64,000 nt of DNA from NCBI GenBank assembly GCA_964608665.1, contig CAZSQJ010000011.1:2744-66743 (forward strand). The letters run 5' to 3'. The notes below the pieces were generated by a model. It saw nothing but the letters and a program-made list of their open reading frames with translations, was not told the DNA's origin and made no database searches. Both the position numbers and the translations under genes were made by a program. Within the stretch, counting starts at the first letter, position 1; each line of letters opens with the position of its first letter. Shown here piece after piece: positions 18,538 to 27,651 of the stretch. This stretch comes from an uncultured Bacteroidales bacterium (GTDB taxonomy: Bacteria; Bacteroidota; Bacteroidia; Bacteroidales; CAIXZF01).

Positions 18538-19326
18538 TTAGTCCATGGTAAAACCCAGCAGGCCCATCCGCCTTGCATAGGAGATGGCTGCCTGGGTATT
18601 GGGAACATTCAGCTTCCCGATAATCCGCTGCCGGTGTGTATTCACAGTATTCACGCTGATAAAAAGCCTGTCGGCAATCTGCTTACTCAGGTATCCCAGA
18701 GAGATCAGGTGCAGGATTTCCGCTTCACGCCGGGTAAGCAGGCTTTCTTCTTCCTCACTGATATCCCTGAAACTGAATATTTCTCCGTTCCTAAGGTTCA
18801 CCAGGCGGTTTCTGCAGGGAAGGCCGGTATCCTGGTCGGGTGAAATATCCAGCAGGCACAGGGTCAGCCAGGGATGACCGCCGGAATCGAGCTCCATGAC
18901 CATCTTCTGTTCAATAACCCTGACATACTCGTCCTTAGAATTCAGCACCCTGTAATCGGAGATCAGCTTGTGGCTCTTCAACGCTTCCCTGTCAGCTTGC
19001 AAACCATAGCGCAGAAAGATAATGCCTTCCCGCAGCAGAATTTTCAGGTCTTCCGGATGGATTTTGCTGTCGAAATATGTATTTCCCTCACTTTCAGCCT
19101 GTTCTATATCATATCCAAGCAGACTTTCATACTTCCGGGATATGTATATATGTTCCTTACGGTACAAATCGAAGACGGTGACAGAACTTTGCCCCATTGC
19201 ATCCAGCATGTTCAGAAAGGGAAGATGGCGTTCGAATACTGCGTAATCCAACGCTTCTTCCCTGAAAGGGATGGAAGCGAGCAGCTGCATGTGCTGGCTG
19301 TATAGACCGGAGATTTCCTCGTCCAT
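18538..19326 (-). CDS. LuxR-family regulator with an N-terminal PAS-like domain
   Basis: PAS-like KIHPED segment and C-terminal LTRREAEILHLISLGYLSKQIADRLFISVNTVNTHRQRI. Confidence 0.9.
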   Translation of the reverse strand: MDEEISGLYSQHMQLLASIPFREEALDYAVFERHLPFLNMLDAMGQSSVTVFDLYRKEHIYISRKYESLLGYDIEQAESEGNTYFDSKIHPEDLKILLREGIIFLRYGLQADREALKSHKLISDYRVLNSKDEYVRVIEQKMVMELDSGGHPWLTLCLLDISPDQDTGLPCRNRLVNLRNGEIFSFRDISEEEESLLTRREAEILHLISLGYLSKQIADRLFISVNTVNTHRQRIIGKLNVPNTQAAISYARRMGLLGFTMD

Positions 19327-19328
19327 AT

Positions 19329-19346
19329 ATACTGATTTTTCAGTAT
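19329..19346. promoter_or_regulatory. Perfect 7-4-7 inverted repeat ATACTGA-tttt-TCAGTAT, candidate operator
   Basis: Sits between the divergent luxR and TonB-dependent receptor genes. Confidence 0.45.
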
Positions 19347-19413
19347 TGGGTTTAATTGCCGGCTTAGGGACCTTTGCTGCGAAATTACGTGTAAACGGAT
19401 AAAACAGTGTAAT

Positions 19414-21750
19414 ATGCGTTCGATTTTCTTCATTATTTGTTTATGTTGCTCATTTTCAATATATTCTCAAAAGAACATACAGCTAATCAGAGGACGGGTG
19501 ATGGATGCCGAAACGAAAGTACCCTTGCCGGGGGCGATGGTGTTTATTCCCGGGAGTGAACCTTTGCAGGGGACAGTGACTGATCCTGACGGCTATTTTC
19601 GCCTCGGATCCATCGCGGTTGGGCGCTATACGCTTGCGTCCCGTTTCCTGGGTTATGAGACGGCCATCGTACACGACCTTCTGGTAGTTTCCGGTAAAGA
19701 GAGTACGGTGGAGATTTACATGAAGGCGGTGGTGATGCAGGCCGCAGGTGTAGAGATCAAATCACAGGGAAGCAGGCAGGACGCCATCAACGGCATGGCC
19801 ATGTTAAGCGTCAGGCAGATCAGCATGGAGGAGGCGGGCCGCTATGCCGGCGGATTCGATGATCCTTCACGTCTTGCTGCAACATTCGCAGGAGTGGCCG
19901 GTAACCTGAGCAGCAACGGTATCGTAATCCGGGGAAATTCTCCGAGAGGTTTGCTGTGGCAGCTGGAGGGAGTCCCGGTAAACAATCCCAATCACTTCTC
20001 CGATGTCACCACCTTCGGGGGAGGCGGTATTACCGCACTCAGCAGCCAGGTAATCAGCAACTCTGACTTTTTTACGGCCGCATTCCCGGCCGAATACGGC
20101 AATGCCTTGTCGGGAGTCTTCGACCTGAGGATACGGCAGGGAAACCATGAGAAGACAGAAACCACCGTCAAAGCCGGTACCATTGGCCTTGATCTGGCCA
20201 TGGAAGGACCGTTCAGCAAAGGGAACCAATCGTCTTACCTGTTCAATTACCGTTACAGCACCCTTGCCCTGCTGGCTCCCCTGCTGCCGGAACACGGGGG
20301 CTCGGTAAGATACCAGGATCTCTGCTGGAAAACCTTCGCCCGGATTGGCAGTGCGGGTACCCTGAGTTTTTTCGGTCTTGGGTCCACCGACCGCAGCGGC
20401 AGTCTGGCCAGGGAGGACAGCTCGGCTGTACGTTACCCCGAAGACAGGCAAAAAGCGACCTCTATCACCTCAATGGGAGCCATGGGGCTGTCGTACAAGC
20501 ATATCCTGTCCGCTTCATCACTCCTGACCCTCAGCATGAATGCCGCAGGAAACCTGGTTGATTACACGGCTGACTGGTGCAAAACGGATGGTTCCTGTGT
20601 TCCGGCTGAACGTGTCAATTACCGTACCTGGAGCCTGTTCTCCGCCGGCAGTTTCAACCACCGCTTCTCTTCTTCCCTCAGCATGAAAACAGGATTGCAG
20701 TTTCGCAGGATTTATTACAGGGCCGGATTGGGCCACGCGGGTTATGAAGAAAGTTTTATCCAGCTGCTCAGCAGAAGCGGCCACGCAGACCTGTTCCAGG
20801 CATACGCCCAGTCCAGATACTGTTCCGGCAAACAATGGGTGTTCAATTTCGGCCTTTATTTCAGCCACTTCACACTGAACCGGCAATCAGGACTTGAACC
20901 CAGGGCCGGTCTGAGCTGGAATTTCAGTCCTTCCCAGCGGCTGAGCCTGGCATACGGACTGCACAGCCAGACTGAAATGCTGCCGGTTTACCTGGTAAAC
21001 AAAAGCCTGAACGGCCGGATCACCCAACCCAACCGCAAGCTGCCGTTCTCTGCGGCCCATCATGTGGTACTGGCATGGGACAAGACCCTGGACTCCCATA
21101 CGAAACTTAAGACAGAGCTTTACCATCAGGCACTCTTTCATATCCCGGTCATCCCCGGGAGCAGTTTCAGCATGATCAACCTCGACCGGGACTGGTACCT
21201 CGACGAAGCGTTCAGTCCGGAGGGTAAGGGGAGGAATACCGGAATCGACATCACCCTTGAACGGCACATGCACAAAGGATACTACTGTCTTTTCACTGCC
21301 TCGGTGTTTGATTCCAGATACAGAGACGGGAACGGAAGCTGGCGGAACACCCGGTACAACAAACACTGGCTTTTCAACCTGCTGGGCGGAAAAGAGTGGC
21401 AAACGGGCCGTTCAGGGAACAACACCCTCGGGGTGAATGCCCGAATCAATTTCATGGGAGGCGACAGGATGACACCGGTGGACCAGGCTGCCTCGCAACT
21501 AAGGGGTGATGTGGTGTACGATGATTCCAGGGCTTTTTCTTGCAGAAAACCCAATGTGTATTATGCCGACTTTACCCTGAATTACACCAGGAACAAACCT
21601 GCATACAGCAGTACCTGGTCAGTACAGCTGATCAACCTGCTGGGACAGCAGGAAACGAACGGATACCGCTTTAATCTTCAGACACAGTCAGCAGAGCTTT
21701 TCGAAGAAGTGACCATGGTACCCAACATTTCCTTGAAAATCGCTTTCTGA
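19414..21750 (+). CDS. TonB-dependent receptor with an N-terminal carboxypeptidase-regulatory-like domain
   Basis: IRGRVMDAETKVPLPGA, plug RYAGGFDDPSRLA...VIRGNSPRG, C-terminal PNISLKIAF. Confidence 0.9.
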   Translation: MRSIFFIICLCCSFSIYSQKNIQLIRGRVMDAETKVPLPGAMVFIPGSEPLQGTVTDPDGYFRLGSIAVGRYTLASRFLGYETAIVHDLLVVSGKESTVEIYMKAVVMQAAGVEIKSQGSRQDAINGMAMLSVRQISMEEAGRYAGGFDDPSRLAATFAGVAGNLSSNGIVIRGNSPRGLLWQLEGVPVNNPNHFSDVTTFGGGGITALSSQVISNSDFFTAAFPAEYGNALSGVFDLRIRQGNHEKTETTVKAGTIGLDLAMEGPFSKGNQSSYLFNYRYSTLALLAPLLPEHGGSVRYQDLCWKTFARIGSAGTLSFFGLGSTDRSGSLAREDSSAVRYPEDRQKATSITSMGAMGLSYKHILSASSLLTLSMNAAGNLVDYTADWCKTDGSCVPAERVNYRTWSLFSAGSFNHRFSSSLSMKTGLQFRRIYYRAGLGHAGYEESFIQLLSRSGHADLFQAYAQSRYCSGKQWVFNFGLYFSHFTLNRQSGLEPRAGLSWNFSPSQRLSLAYGLHSQTEMLPVYLVNKSLNGRITQPNRKLPFSAAHHVVLAWDKTLDSHTKLKTELYHQALFHIPVIPGSSFSMINLDRDWYLDEAFSPEGKGRNTGIDITLERHMHKGYYCLFTASVFDSRYRDGNGSWRNTRYNKHWLFNLLGGKEWQTGRSGNNTLGVNARINFMGGDRMTPVDQAASQLRGDVVYDDSRAFSCRKPNVYYADFTLNYTRNKPAYSSTWSVQLINLLGQQETNGYRFNLQTQSAELFEEVTMVPNISLKIAF

Positions 21751-21836
21751 GCAAAGGGATCCTGTCAGCACCAACCTTCGGCAGCAGGCGGTACAAGGCC
21801 CCGGCCGGTCCCCGAAGGGCGGAGGATATGATGGTC

Positions 21837-23099
21837 TTAAAGCAGCTGCAGGCGGTTGGCATCCATCCTGATGAAGATGAACAGCATGATAGTGAAGGCG
21901 AACAGGGAGGATCCCCCGTAGCTGATAAACGGCAGGGGGATACCGATCACGGGTGCCAGGCCGATGGTCATGCCGATATTTACCAGGAAATGAAAGAAAA
22001 AAACCGAGGCCACCCCGTAACCGTAGATACGGGAAAAGGCCGATCGTTGTCGTTCCGCCGCATTTAGAATCCTGATAAACAGCCATATAAACAGAGCGAT
22101 CGTCGCAACGGAGCCGATAAACCCCCATTCTTCCCCAATGGTGCAAAAGATAAAGTCAGTGCTTTGTTCGGGCACGAAATTATACTTGGTCTGAGTTCCC
22201 TGCAGAAACCCCTTTCCGGTGAGCCTGCCTGAACCGATGGCGATCTTTGACTGGTTGACGTTATATCCGGCTCCTTTCAGATCCACTTCTTTGCCAATCA
22301 GCACATTGATACGGTCCTTATGGTGCACATCGAGCACATGATGGAAAGCAAAATCGACCGAATACACAAAACCTGCCACCAGCAGGAACAAGCCCAGCAG
22401 GGATAAAATGTCGCGCCTGTTCTTCCTGATCTGCGAAAACCAGATAAACGCGATCAGGGCCAGAAAAGCGATGATGATCCATTTGTCGACCATCAGAGCC
22501 AGAATAAACAGAATGATCACCAGACCGCCGATAATCAGGACATTGCCTGAAAGCCCTTCACGGTAGAGGACAATGATAAAGGCCGTGAACACCAGGGCCG
22601 ATCCGGTATCGTCCTGCAGCAGGATCAGGATTACCGGCAGGCCGATAAGGAAAAAGGTGGTAATGCGGGTGCGGAGGTCTTCCATCCGGATGTTCAGACT
22701 GCTGAGATGACGCGCAATGGCCAGGTTTACGGCAATTTTGGCGAATTCCGAAGGCTGCAGGTCAAATCCGCCCAGGTCTATCCACGATTTCGATCCGCTC
22801 ACCTCTTTACCGATGAACAGGACAAGAAACAGCGACAGGATACTCAAACCATATATCATGAAAGCAAATGCATTGAATACCTTTGGTTCTGTCATCAGGA
22901 TGATCAGGGCCAGCAGGATGGAAACCAGTATCCAGACCATCTGCTTGCCGTAGCGCTGGCTTAGATCAAAAATGCTGTCGTGCTGCTCGTTGAATACGGC
23001 CGCATAGATATTCATCCATCCGAAGAGCACCAGCACCAGGTAGATACCGACTGTAATCCAGTCAATATTCTTAAATATGTTCCGTTCTTCTCTGACCAT
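21837..23099 (-). CDS. rodA: Rod shape-determining protein RodA (SEDS)
   Basis: QPSEFAK, DTGSALVF, GYNVNQSKIAIGSG, PEQSTDFIF and PLPFISYGGSS. Confidence 0.95.
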   Translation of the reverse strand: MVREERNIFKNIDWITVGIYLVLVLFGWMNIYAAVFNEQHDSIFDLSQRYGKQMVWILVSILLALIILMTEPKVFNAFAFMIYGLSILSLFLVLFIGKEVSGSKSWIDLGGFDLQPSEFAKIAVNLAIARHLSSLNIRMEDLRTRITTFFLIGLPVILILLQDDTGSALVFTAFIIVLYREGLSGNVLIIGGLVIILFILALMVDKWIIIAFLALIAFIWFSQIRKNRRDILSLLGLFLLVAGFVYSVDFAFHHVLDVHHKDRINVLIGKEVDLKGAGYNVNQSKIAIGSGRLTGKGFLQGTQTKYNFVPEQSTDFIFCTIGEEWGFIGSVATIALFIWLFIRILNAAERQRSAFSRIYGYGVASVFFFHFLVNIGMTIGLAPVIGIPLPFISYGGSSLFAFTIMLFIFIRMDANRLQLL

Positions 23100-23104
23100 A
23101 GGGC

Positions 23105-24919
23105 TCAGTTACTCATCAGATTTCCTTCTATCATCCTGGTTTCCACATCCTTACGTTTGATTTCCTGCATCAGGTACTTTTCTATCATCAAAAAGGCGAC
23201 CGGGGCAGCCCAGGTGGCTCCGAAGCCGGCGTTCTCCACGATCACCGAGATGGCGATCTTCGGATTGTCTTTCGGTGCGAAAGCAATAAAGATAGAGTGG
23301 TCTTTCCCGTGGGGATTCTGGGCAGTACCGGTTTTCCCGCAGATGGGAATGGAATCCATCTTATAATAATGTGCCGTACCCGCCTCCACCACCTGGTACA
23401 TTCCTTCCACCACAGTTTCAAAGTGCCGGCGGCTTACGGGAATGATGTGCTTTTGCTGAAATTTAGCCTGTTTGTCATCCGGAGTTCCAACGGCACGGAT
23501 AATATGGGGTGTGTAATAATAACCCCTGTTGGCGATGGTAGCCGCCAGATTCGCAAGCTGTAAAGGTGTGGTCAGGATTTCTCCCTGCCCGATCGACAAA
23601 GAAACAATGGTAAGGAAACGCCAGCGGCTTTTGCCGTAAATATTGTCGAAATACTCGTTTTTTGGGATAAAGCCCTTGACCAGGTTTGGGATGTCGGTGT
23701 CGAAGGCGCTGCCGAATCCGAAACTGCAGGTCATTTCCCGCCATTTTGCGTATCCTGCGGCATGATTGGGAAAGGCCCTGTTGTCGAGAATGGTCCGGAA
23801 AACATTGCAGTAATATGCATTGCAGGATTGTGCAATAGATTGTATCAGGTCAAGGGGGCCGGCATGTGCATGACAACCCACATGGATAGGACCCGAGGAG
23901 TATCCCATGGCACAACCGTAGCGTGTTTGAAGGTTGAGTACCCCCTCTTCAAGGCCGATCAGGGCATGTACCAGTTTGAAGGTGGAACCGGGCGGATACT
24001 GTGCCTGTAATGCCCTGTTAAACAATGGTTTAAGACTGTCCTTGGCCAGGATGTTATAATTATGGCTCCGGACACGTCCGACCAACAGGTTGGGGTCGTA
24101 AGTCGGGCTGGTGACCAGGGCAAGGATTTCGCCGCTTTCAGGTTCAATGGCTACCACCGATCCGCGTTTGTTTGTCATGAGCAGTTCCCCGTATTCCTGC
24201 AGTTTCATATCGAGTGAGGCATAGAGGTTTTTTCCCATCACTGCGATGGTATCGTATTTACCATCCTGGAAACTTCCCTGCTCCCTGTTGAACACATCTA
24301 CCATGATGATCCTGGAACCTTTGACACCGCGCAGGATTTCTTCGTAAGATTTCTCAATACCGCTGATACCGATATAATCGCCTGGTTTGTAATAAGGATT
24401 CACTTCGCAGATGCGCGGGCTCACCTCACCCACATAACCCATGGTATGGGCGGCGATGGGTCGGATATACTTCCGGAGCGTACGCGGCTGAACGTAGAAA
24501 CCGGGGAATTTATAGAGTTTCTCTTCCAGAAAACCATATGCTTCCTTAGATATCTGTTTTTCAAAGACCGACGGACGGTAGAGGGAGTATTCCCTGATCT
24601 TCTTCATCCTTTCCCTGAAAGTTTCATGATCGATCCCAATCAGACCGCACAATTCCAGGGTATCGAAATTCCTGGCCTGCCTGGGGATGACCATCAGATC
24701 ATAGGTAGCCTCGTTATATACCAGCAGTTCCCCCTTGCGGTCGTAAACCAGTCCGCGGGCCGGGTACTGGGTGATATGCCGCAGCACATTGTTGTTGGCG
24801 GAGAAATAATAACTCCGGTCGACAATCTGCAGCCAGAACAAACGGAATACAAAGACCAGCCCGGCAATGATGAAAATCATGCTGATGACATACTTCCTCT
24901 TGTTCAGCGCTTTCTGCAC
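23105..24919 (-). CDS. mrdA: Penicillin-binding protein 2
   Basis: PARGLVYDR, YPPGSTFK (SxxK), SCN (SxN) and KTGT (KTG). GTG start. Confidence 0.95.
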   Translation of the reverse strand: MQKALNKRKYVISMIFIIAGLVFVFRLFWLQIVDRSYYFSANNNVLRHITQYPARGLVYDRKGELLVYNEATYDLMVIPRQARNFDTLELCGLIGIDHETFRERMKKIREYSLYRPSVFEKQISKEAYGFLEEKLYKFPGFYVQPRTLRKYIRPIAAHTMGYVGEVSPRICEVNPYYKPGDYIGISGIEKSYEEILRGVKGSRIIMVDVFNREQGSFQDGKYDTIAVMGKNLYASLDMKLQEYGELLMTNKRGSVVAIEPESGEILALVTSPTYDPNLLVGRVRSHNYNILAKDSLKPLFNRALQAQYPPGSTFKLVHALIGLEEGVLNLQTRYGCAMGYSSGPIHVGCHAHAGPLDLIQSIAQSCNAYYCNVFRTILDNRAFPNHAAGYAKWREMTCSFGFGSAFDTDIPNLVKGFIPKNEYFDNIYGKSRWRFLTIVSLSIGQGEILTTPLQLANLAATIANRGYYYTPHIIRAVGTPDDKQAKFQQKHIIPVSRRHFETVVEGMYQVVEAGTAHYYKMDSIPICGKTGTAQNPHGKDHSIFIAFAPKDNPKIAISVIVENAGFGATWAAPVAFLMIEKYLMQEIKRKDVETRMIEGNLMSN

Positions 24920-24929
24920 GGGAGTGAAT

Positions 24930-24955
24930 AAAAAAAGGGGGGAATGATTCCCCCC
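24930..24955 (-). terminator. Intrinsic terminator downstream of the MORN-repeat gene
   Basis: Stem ggggggaat / attcccccc with a 7-nt A-run (U-tract on the minus strand). Confidence 0.7.
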
Positions 24956-25005
24956 GTAAAATTAGTGACAATTCGGATGAGCCTGCAGGCTTCCACGGCT
25001 TTTGC

Positions 25006-25464
25006 CTAATATTTCTTCTCCATGATCATTTTCCCGTTTTCATCCCACATCATCCAGGTACCTTTCTTATCGCCCTTTTCATAAAACATCTCATAACGTT
25101 TCACTCCATTATCATCCCAGACATACCAAAAACCGTCCTTTTTATCGTTTTTATACCCCGCTTCGGCCGTTTTAACTCCCGAGCTGTTCCAGGTGATCCA
25201 GGTGCCGTCTTTCAGCCCCTTTTTAAACGACCTTTGTTCTTTGATCTTACCGTCAGGAAAGAAAAGGGTGGTGATTCCGTCTTCCAGGCCGTTGACAATC
25301 AACCGCTCAGCCACTTTCAAACCCTGCTCATCCGTTTCGGTGAAAGCACCCGTAAACTCCTTTCCGTTCAGGTAATACAACCCGTCTTCCGCCAATTCAG
25401 CCTTTTGAGCTGAGGCAAACAGGGCGCTGCAAAGCAGGAGAGAAAACACAACTATCTTGCGCAT
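25006..25464 (-). CDS. Exported MORN-variant repeat protein
   Basis: Signal peptide MRKIVVFSLLLCSALFASA and repeated G.W..W...G.K.....Y units. Confidence 0.8.
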   Translation of the reverse strand: MRKIVVFSLLLCSALFASAQKAELAEDGLYYLNGKEFTGAFTETDEQGLKVAERLIVNGLEDGITTLFFPDGKIKEQRSFKKGLKDGTWITWNSSGVKTAEAGYKNDKKDGFWYVWDDNGVKRYEMFYEKGDKKGTWMMWDENGKMIMEKKY

Positions 25465-25482
25465 CGGTACTAATTTAAAATA

Positions 25483-25490
25483 CAAAGATA
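25483..25490 (-). promoter_or_regulatory. -7 promoter element (TATCTTTG) of the MORN gene
   Basis: caaagata, 18 bp upstream of the start. Confidence 0.55.
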
Positions 25491-25510
25491 ACAAAACGGG
25501 CAGCACTGGC

Positions 25511-25545
25511 AAAAAAAAAGACAAACCAGCCTGCGGTTTGCCTTT
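25511..25545 (-). terminator. Intrinsic terminator of the carboxypeptidase-regulatory-like gene
   Basis: Stem aaagacaaacc / ggtttgccttt (one G.U pair on the minus strand) next to an A9 run. Confidence 0.65.
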
Positions 25546-25565
25546 GACTGCGAAAGAAACCAGCC

Positions 25566-25916
25566 TTATCTTCCCAGGGTTTCTATCCGGATTTTCAGTT
25601 CGGTGGAGCCGGGAACTACCTGTACCTTTTCGGCTTTCTCCTTATAGGAGATCAGCGTGGTGGTGACTTCATATTCTCCCGGAACCAGGCCGGAAAAGCT
25701 GAAATTGCCGTCCAGGTCGGTATAGGTTTTCAGATTGGTGCCCTGAAGCTGCACTTCGACACCGGCCAGCGATTCGCTGGTCAGGTAGTCAAGAACCTTT
25801 CCGCTGATGGATGATTTCAGGTTGTTTGTATTGGTTTCCTTTTCATTACCTGCTGTCAGCACACCGGAACCGATGAGAAGCATGATGGCCAGAAAGGAGA
25901 AGATTGCTTTTTTCAT
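25566..25916 (-). CDS. Small exported stand-alone carboxypeptidase-regulatory-like domain protein
   Basis: Signal peptide, then ISGKVLDYLTSESLAGVEV....TYTDLDGNFSF..LVPGEY.V...LISY. Confidence 0.8.
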   Translation of the reverse strand: MKKAIFSFLAIMLLIGSGVLTAGNEKETNTNNLKSSISGKVLDYLTSESLAGVEVQLQGTNLKTYTDLDGNFSFSGLVPGEYEVTTTLISYKEKAEKVQVVPGSTELKIRIETLGR

Positions 25917-25937
25917 TGTTGCATAATTTTGATGATG

Positions 25938-25945
25938 CAAAGATA
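25938..25945 (-). promoter_or_regulatory. -7 promoter element (TATCTTTG)
   Basis: caaagata, 21 bp upstream of the start at 25916. Confidence 0.55.
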
Positions 25946-25976
25946 CAGACAGCCTGAGGCCCTTGCGCAAAAGCCC

Positions 25977-26017
25977 ATTTAAGCTTTTATTATCTTTATG
26001 TTAAGCCAATGTTAAGC
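25977..26017. promoter_or_regulatory. 11-bp-phased direct repeats (ATGTTAAGC x2 plus degenerate copies)
   Basis: atgttaagc at 25998 and 26009; atttaagc at 25977 is in the same 11-bp phase. Confidence 0.5.
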
Positions 26018-26043
26018 AAGCCAATCCTGGGAAAGCAGGCTGC

Positions 26044-26598
26044 TCAGCGCTTCTTCACAACAATATCCGGAGTGAGGACGCTGTTGCTGACATTCAGTGC
26101 CCTGTCGCAGATGCTGGCTTCAAAAGCGATGGTGTCGAAGAAGGATAAGGGATTGTTGATGTAAAGTTCGATCGCTATTTCACCCTTGATCGGCTTGGTA
26201 CTGCCTGAATTGGAGAGCGGGGGGATACGGGAGTTGTTGGTAAACGGGAGGTCGATCTTTTTCAGCACGCCGTTTTGCTTTTCATAGTAAGTGATGAAAA
26301 AATTGTAATACCACTGGCTGCCGATATTGAAGGGAGGCAGGGTATCGCCCTGGGTCAGCCCGATATCACCGTCGCCATCGGTAAAACTGATTTTCAATAT
26401 TCCTTTGTTATCGACACCCGTGGCATTTTGTATTTTTGTGAAACTGACGAATTGAATGGCGGGCGTATCGGCAAACTTGTCCTTCTTCAGACAGGAAGCA
26501 AACGGCATGAGCAAGGCAGAAAGCAGCACACCGGCAGCAAGCATCCTCAGTTTGTTCCATATATCAGACAGGGGCAAGGCTTTGATCTTGTGTTTCAC
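26044..26598 (-). CDS. Hypothetical lipoprotein
   Basis: Hydrophobic stretch ending in the lipobox FASC; FTDGDGDIG motif common in Bacteroidota lipoproteins. Start could be 26598 (GTG) or 26544. Confidence 0.65.
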   Translation of the reverse strand: MKHKIKALPLSDIWNKLRMLAAGVLLSALLMPFASCLKKDKFADTPAIQFVSFTKIQNATGVDNKGILKISFTDGDGDIGLTQGDTLPPFNIGSQWYYNFFITYYEKQNGVLKKIDLPFTNNSRIPPLSNSGSTKPIKGEIAIELYINNPLSFFDTIAFEASICDRALNVSNSVLTPDIVVKKR

Positions 26599-26616
26599 TG
26601 TGTAAAATTATAAAAA

Positions 26617-27606
26617 ATGTTCGGGCATCCTCCGGAATATGAAGCGATTTTCAGTATTAAAGCAGAACGGGAATTTAACGATCTGGCCCTTGAAATATTT
26701 CATTATCAGTATCATCATACAGCCATCTACCAACGTTTCTGCAGAGCGCTCGGCCGGGAACCCGGAGATGTGACACATTACAGTAACATTCCATTTCTGC
26801 CGGCCGAATTTTTCAGGACAGAAAAGGTGATCGCCGGGGGGCTGGAAGTACGGCAGGTTTTTCACAGCAGCGGCACCGGCACAGGCAGGCGCAGCACACA
26901 TCACCTGGCCGATCCGGCTCTGTATGAAATGAGCTTCAACACAGGGTTCCGGCTGTTTTACGGCGATCCGCAGGATTATATCATCCTGGCGCTGCTTCCG
27001 TCCTATATGGAACAACAGCATTCCTCCCTGGTGTATATGACCGGAAGCCTGATCCGGCAGACGAATCACCCGGCTTCAGGATTTTATCACCACGATCCCG
27101 GGGCCCTTGCAGGGTTTATCAGGGAATATGACGGCAGCGGACGGAAGTTGCTGCTGGCCGGGGTTAGCTATGCCCTGCTTGACTTTGTCAAAACACAACG
27201 CTTCTGCATCCCCTCCCTGATCGTGATGGAAACCGGGGGTATGAAAGGACGGCAGAAGGAAATCACAAGGGAGGAACTGCACGGGATACTGGGCGAGGGA
27301 TTCGGGATAGCTGCCATTCATTCGGAATACGGCATGACAGAGTTGTTGTCGCAGGCATATTCTTACGGCCGGGGACTTTTCCACAGTCCCCCCTGGATGA
27401 AGGTGCTGATCCGCGACCGTGACGATCCCCTCGGCTGGGTAGCCCCAGGAGAAACGGGGGGAATCAGCATCATCGATCTGGCAAATATGCATTCCTGTTC
27501 CTTCATTGCCACCCAGGACCTGGGCCGGTTAAAGGAAGACGGTTTTGAAGTGCTCGGACGTTACGATCACAGCGATGCCAGAGGATGTAACCTGATGTTG
27601 CCCTGA
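26617..27606 (+). CDS. LuxE/PaaK-like acyl-protein synthetase (acyl transferase)
   Basis: IPFLP, FHSSGTG, SSLVYM, METGGMKG, HSEYGMTELLSQAY, TQDLG and LGRYDHSDARGCN. Confidence 0.8.
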   Translation: MFGHPPEYEAIFSIKAEREFNDLALEIFHYQYHHTAIYQRFCRALGREPGDVTHYSNIPFLPAEFFRTEKVIAGGLEVRQVFHSSGTGTGRRSTHHLADPALYEMSFNTGFRLFYGDPQDYIILALLPSYMEQQHSSLVYMTGSLIRQTNHPASGFYHHDPGALAGFIREYDGSGRKLLLAGVSYALLDFVKTQRFCIPSLIVMETGGMKGRQKEITREELHGILGEGFGIAAIHSEYGMTELLSQAYSYGRGLFHSPPWMKVLIRDRDDPLGWVAPGETGGISIIDLANMHSCSFIATQDLGRLKEDGFEVLGRYDHSDARGCNLMLP

Positions 27607-27651
27607 TGAAGGGGATTTTTATATCTTTCACCCGGAATTAGCAATGACGAT

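Noticed and set aside
25006-25464. MORN-repeat protein as a YwqK-type antitoxin
   Set aside because: It has a signal peptide and its own promoter and terminator, and there is no toxin neighbour.
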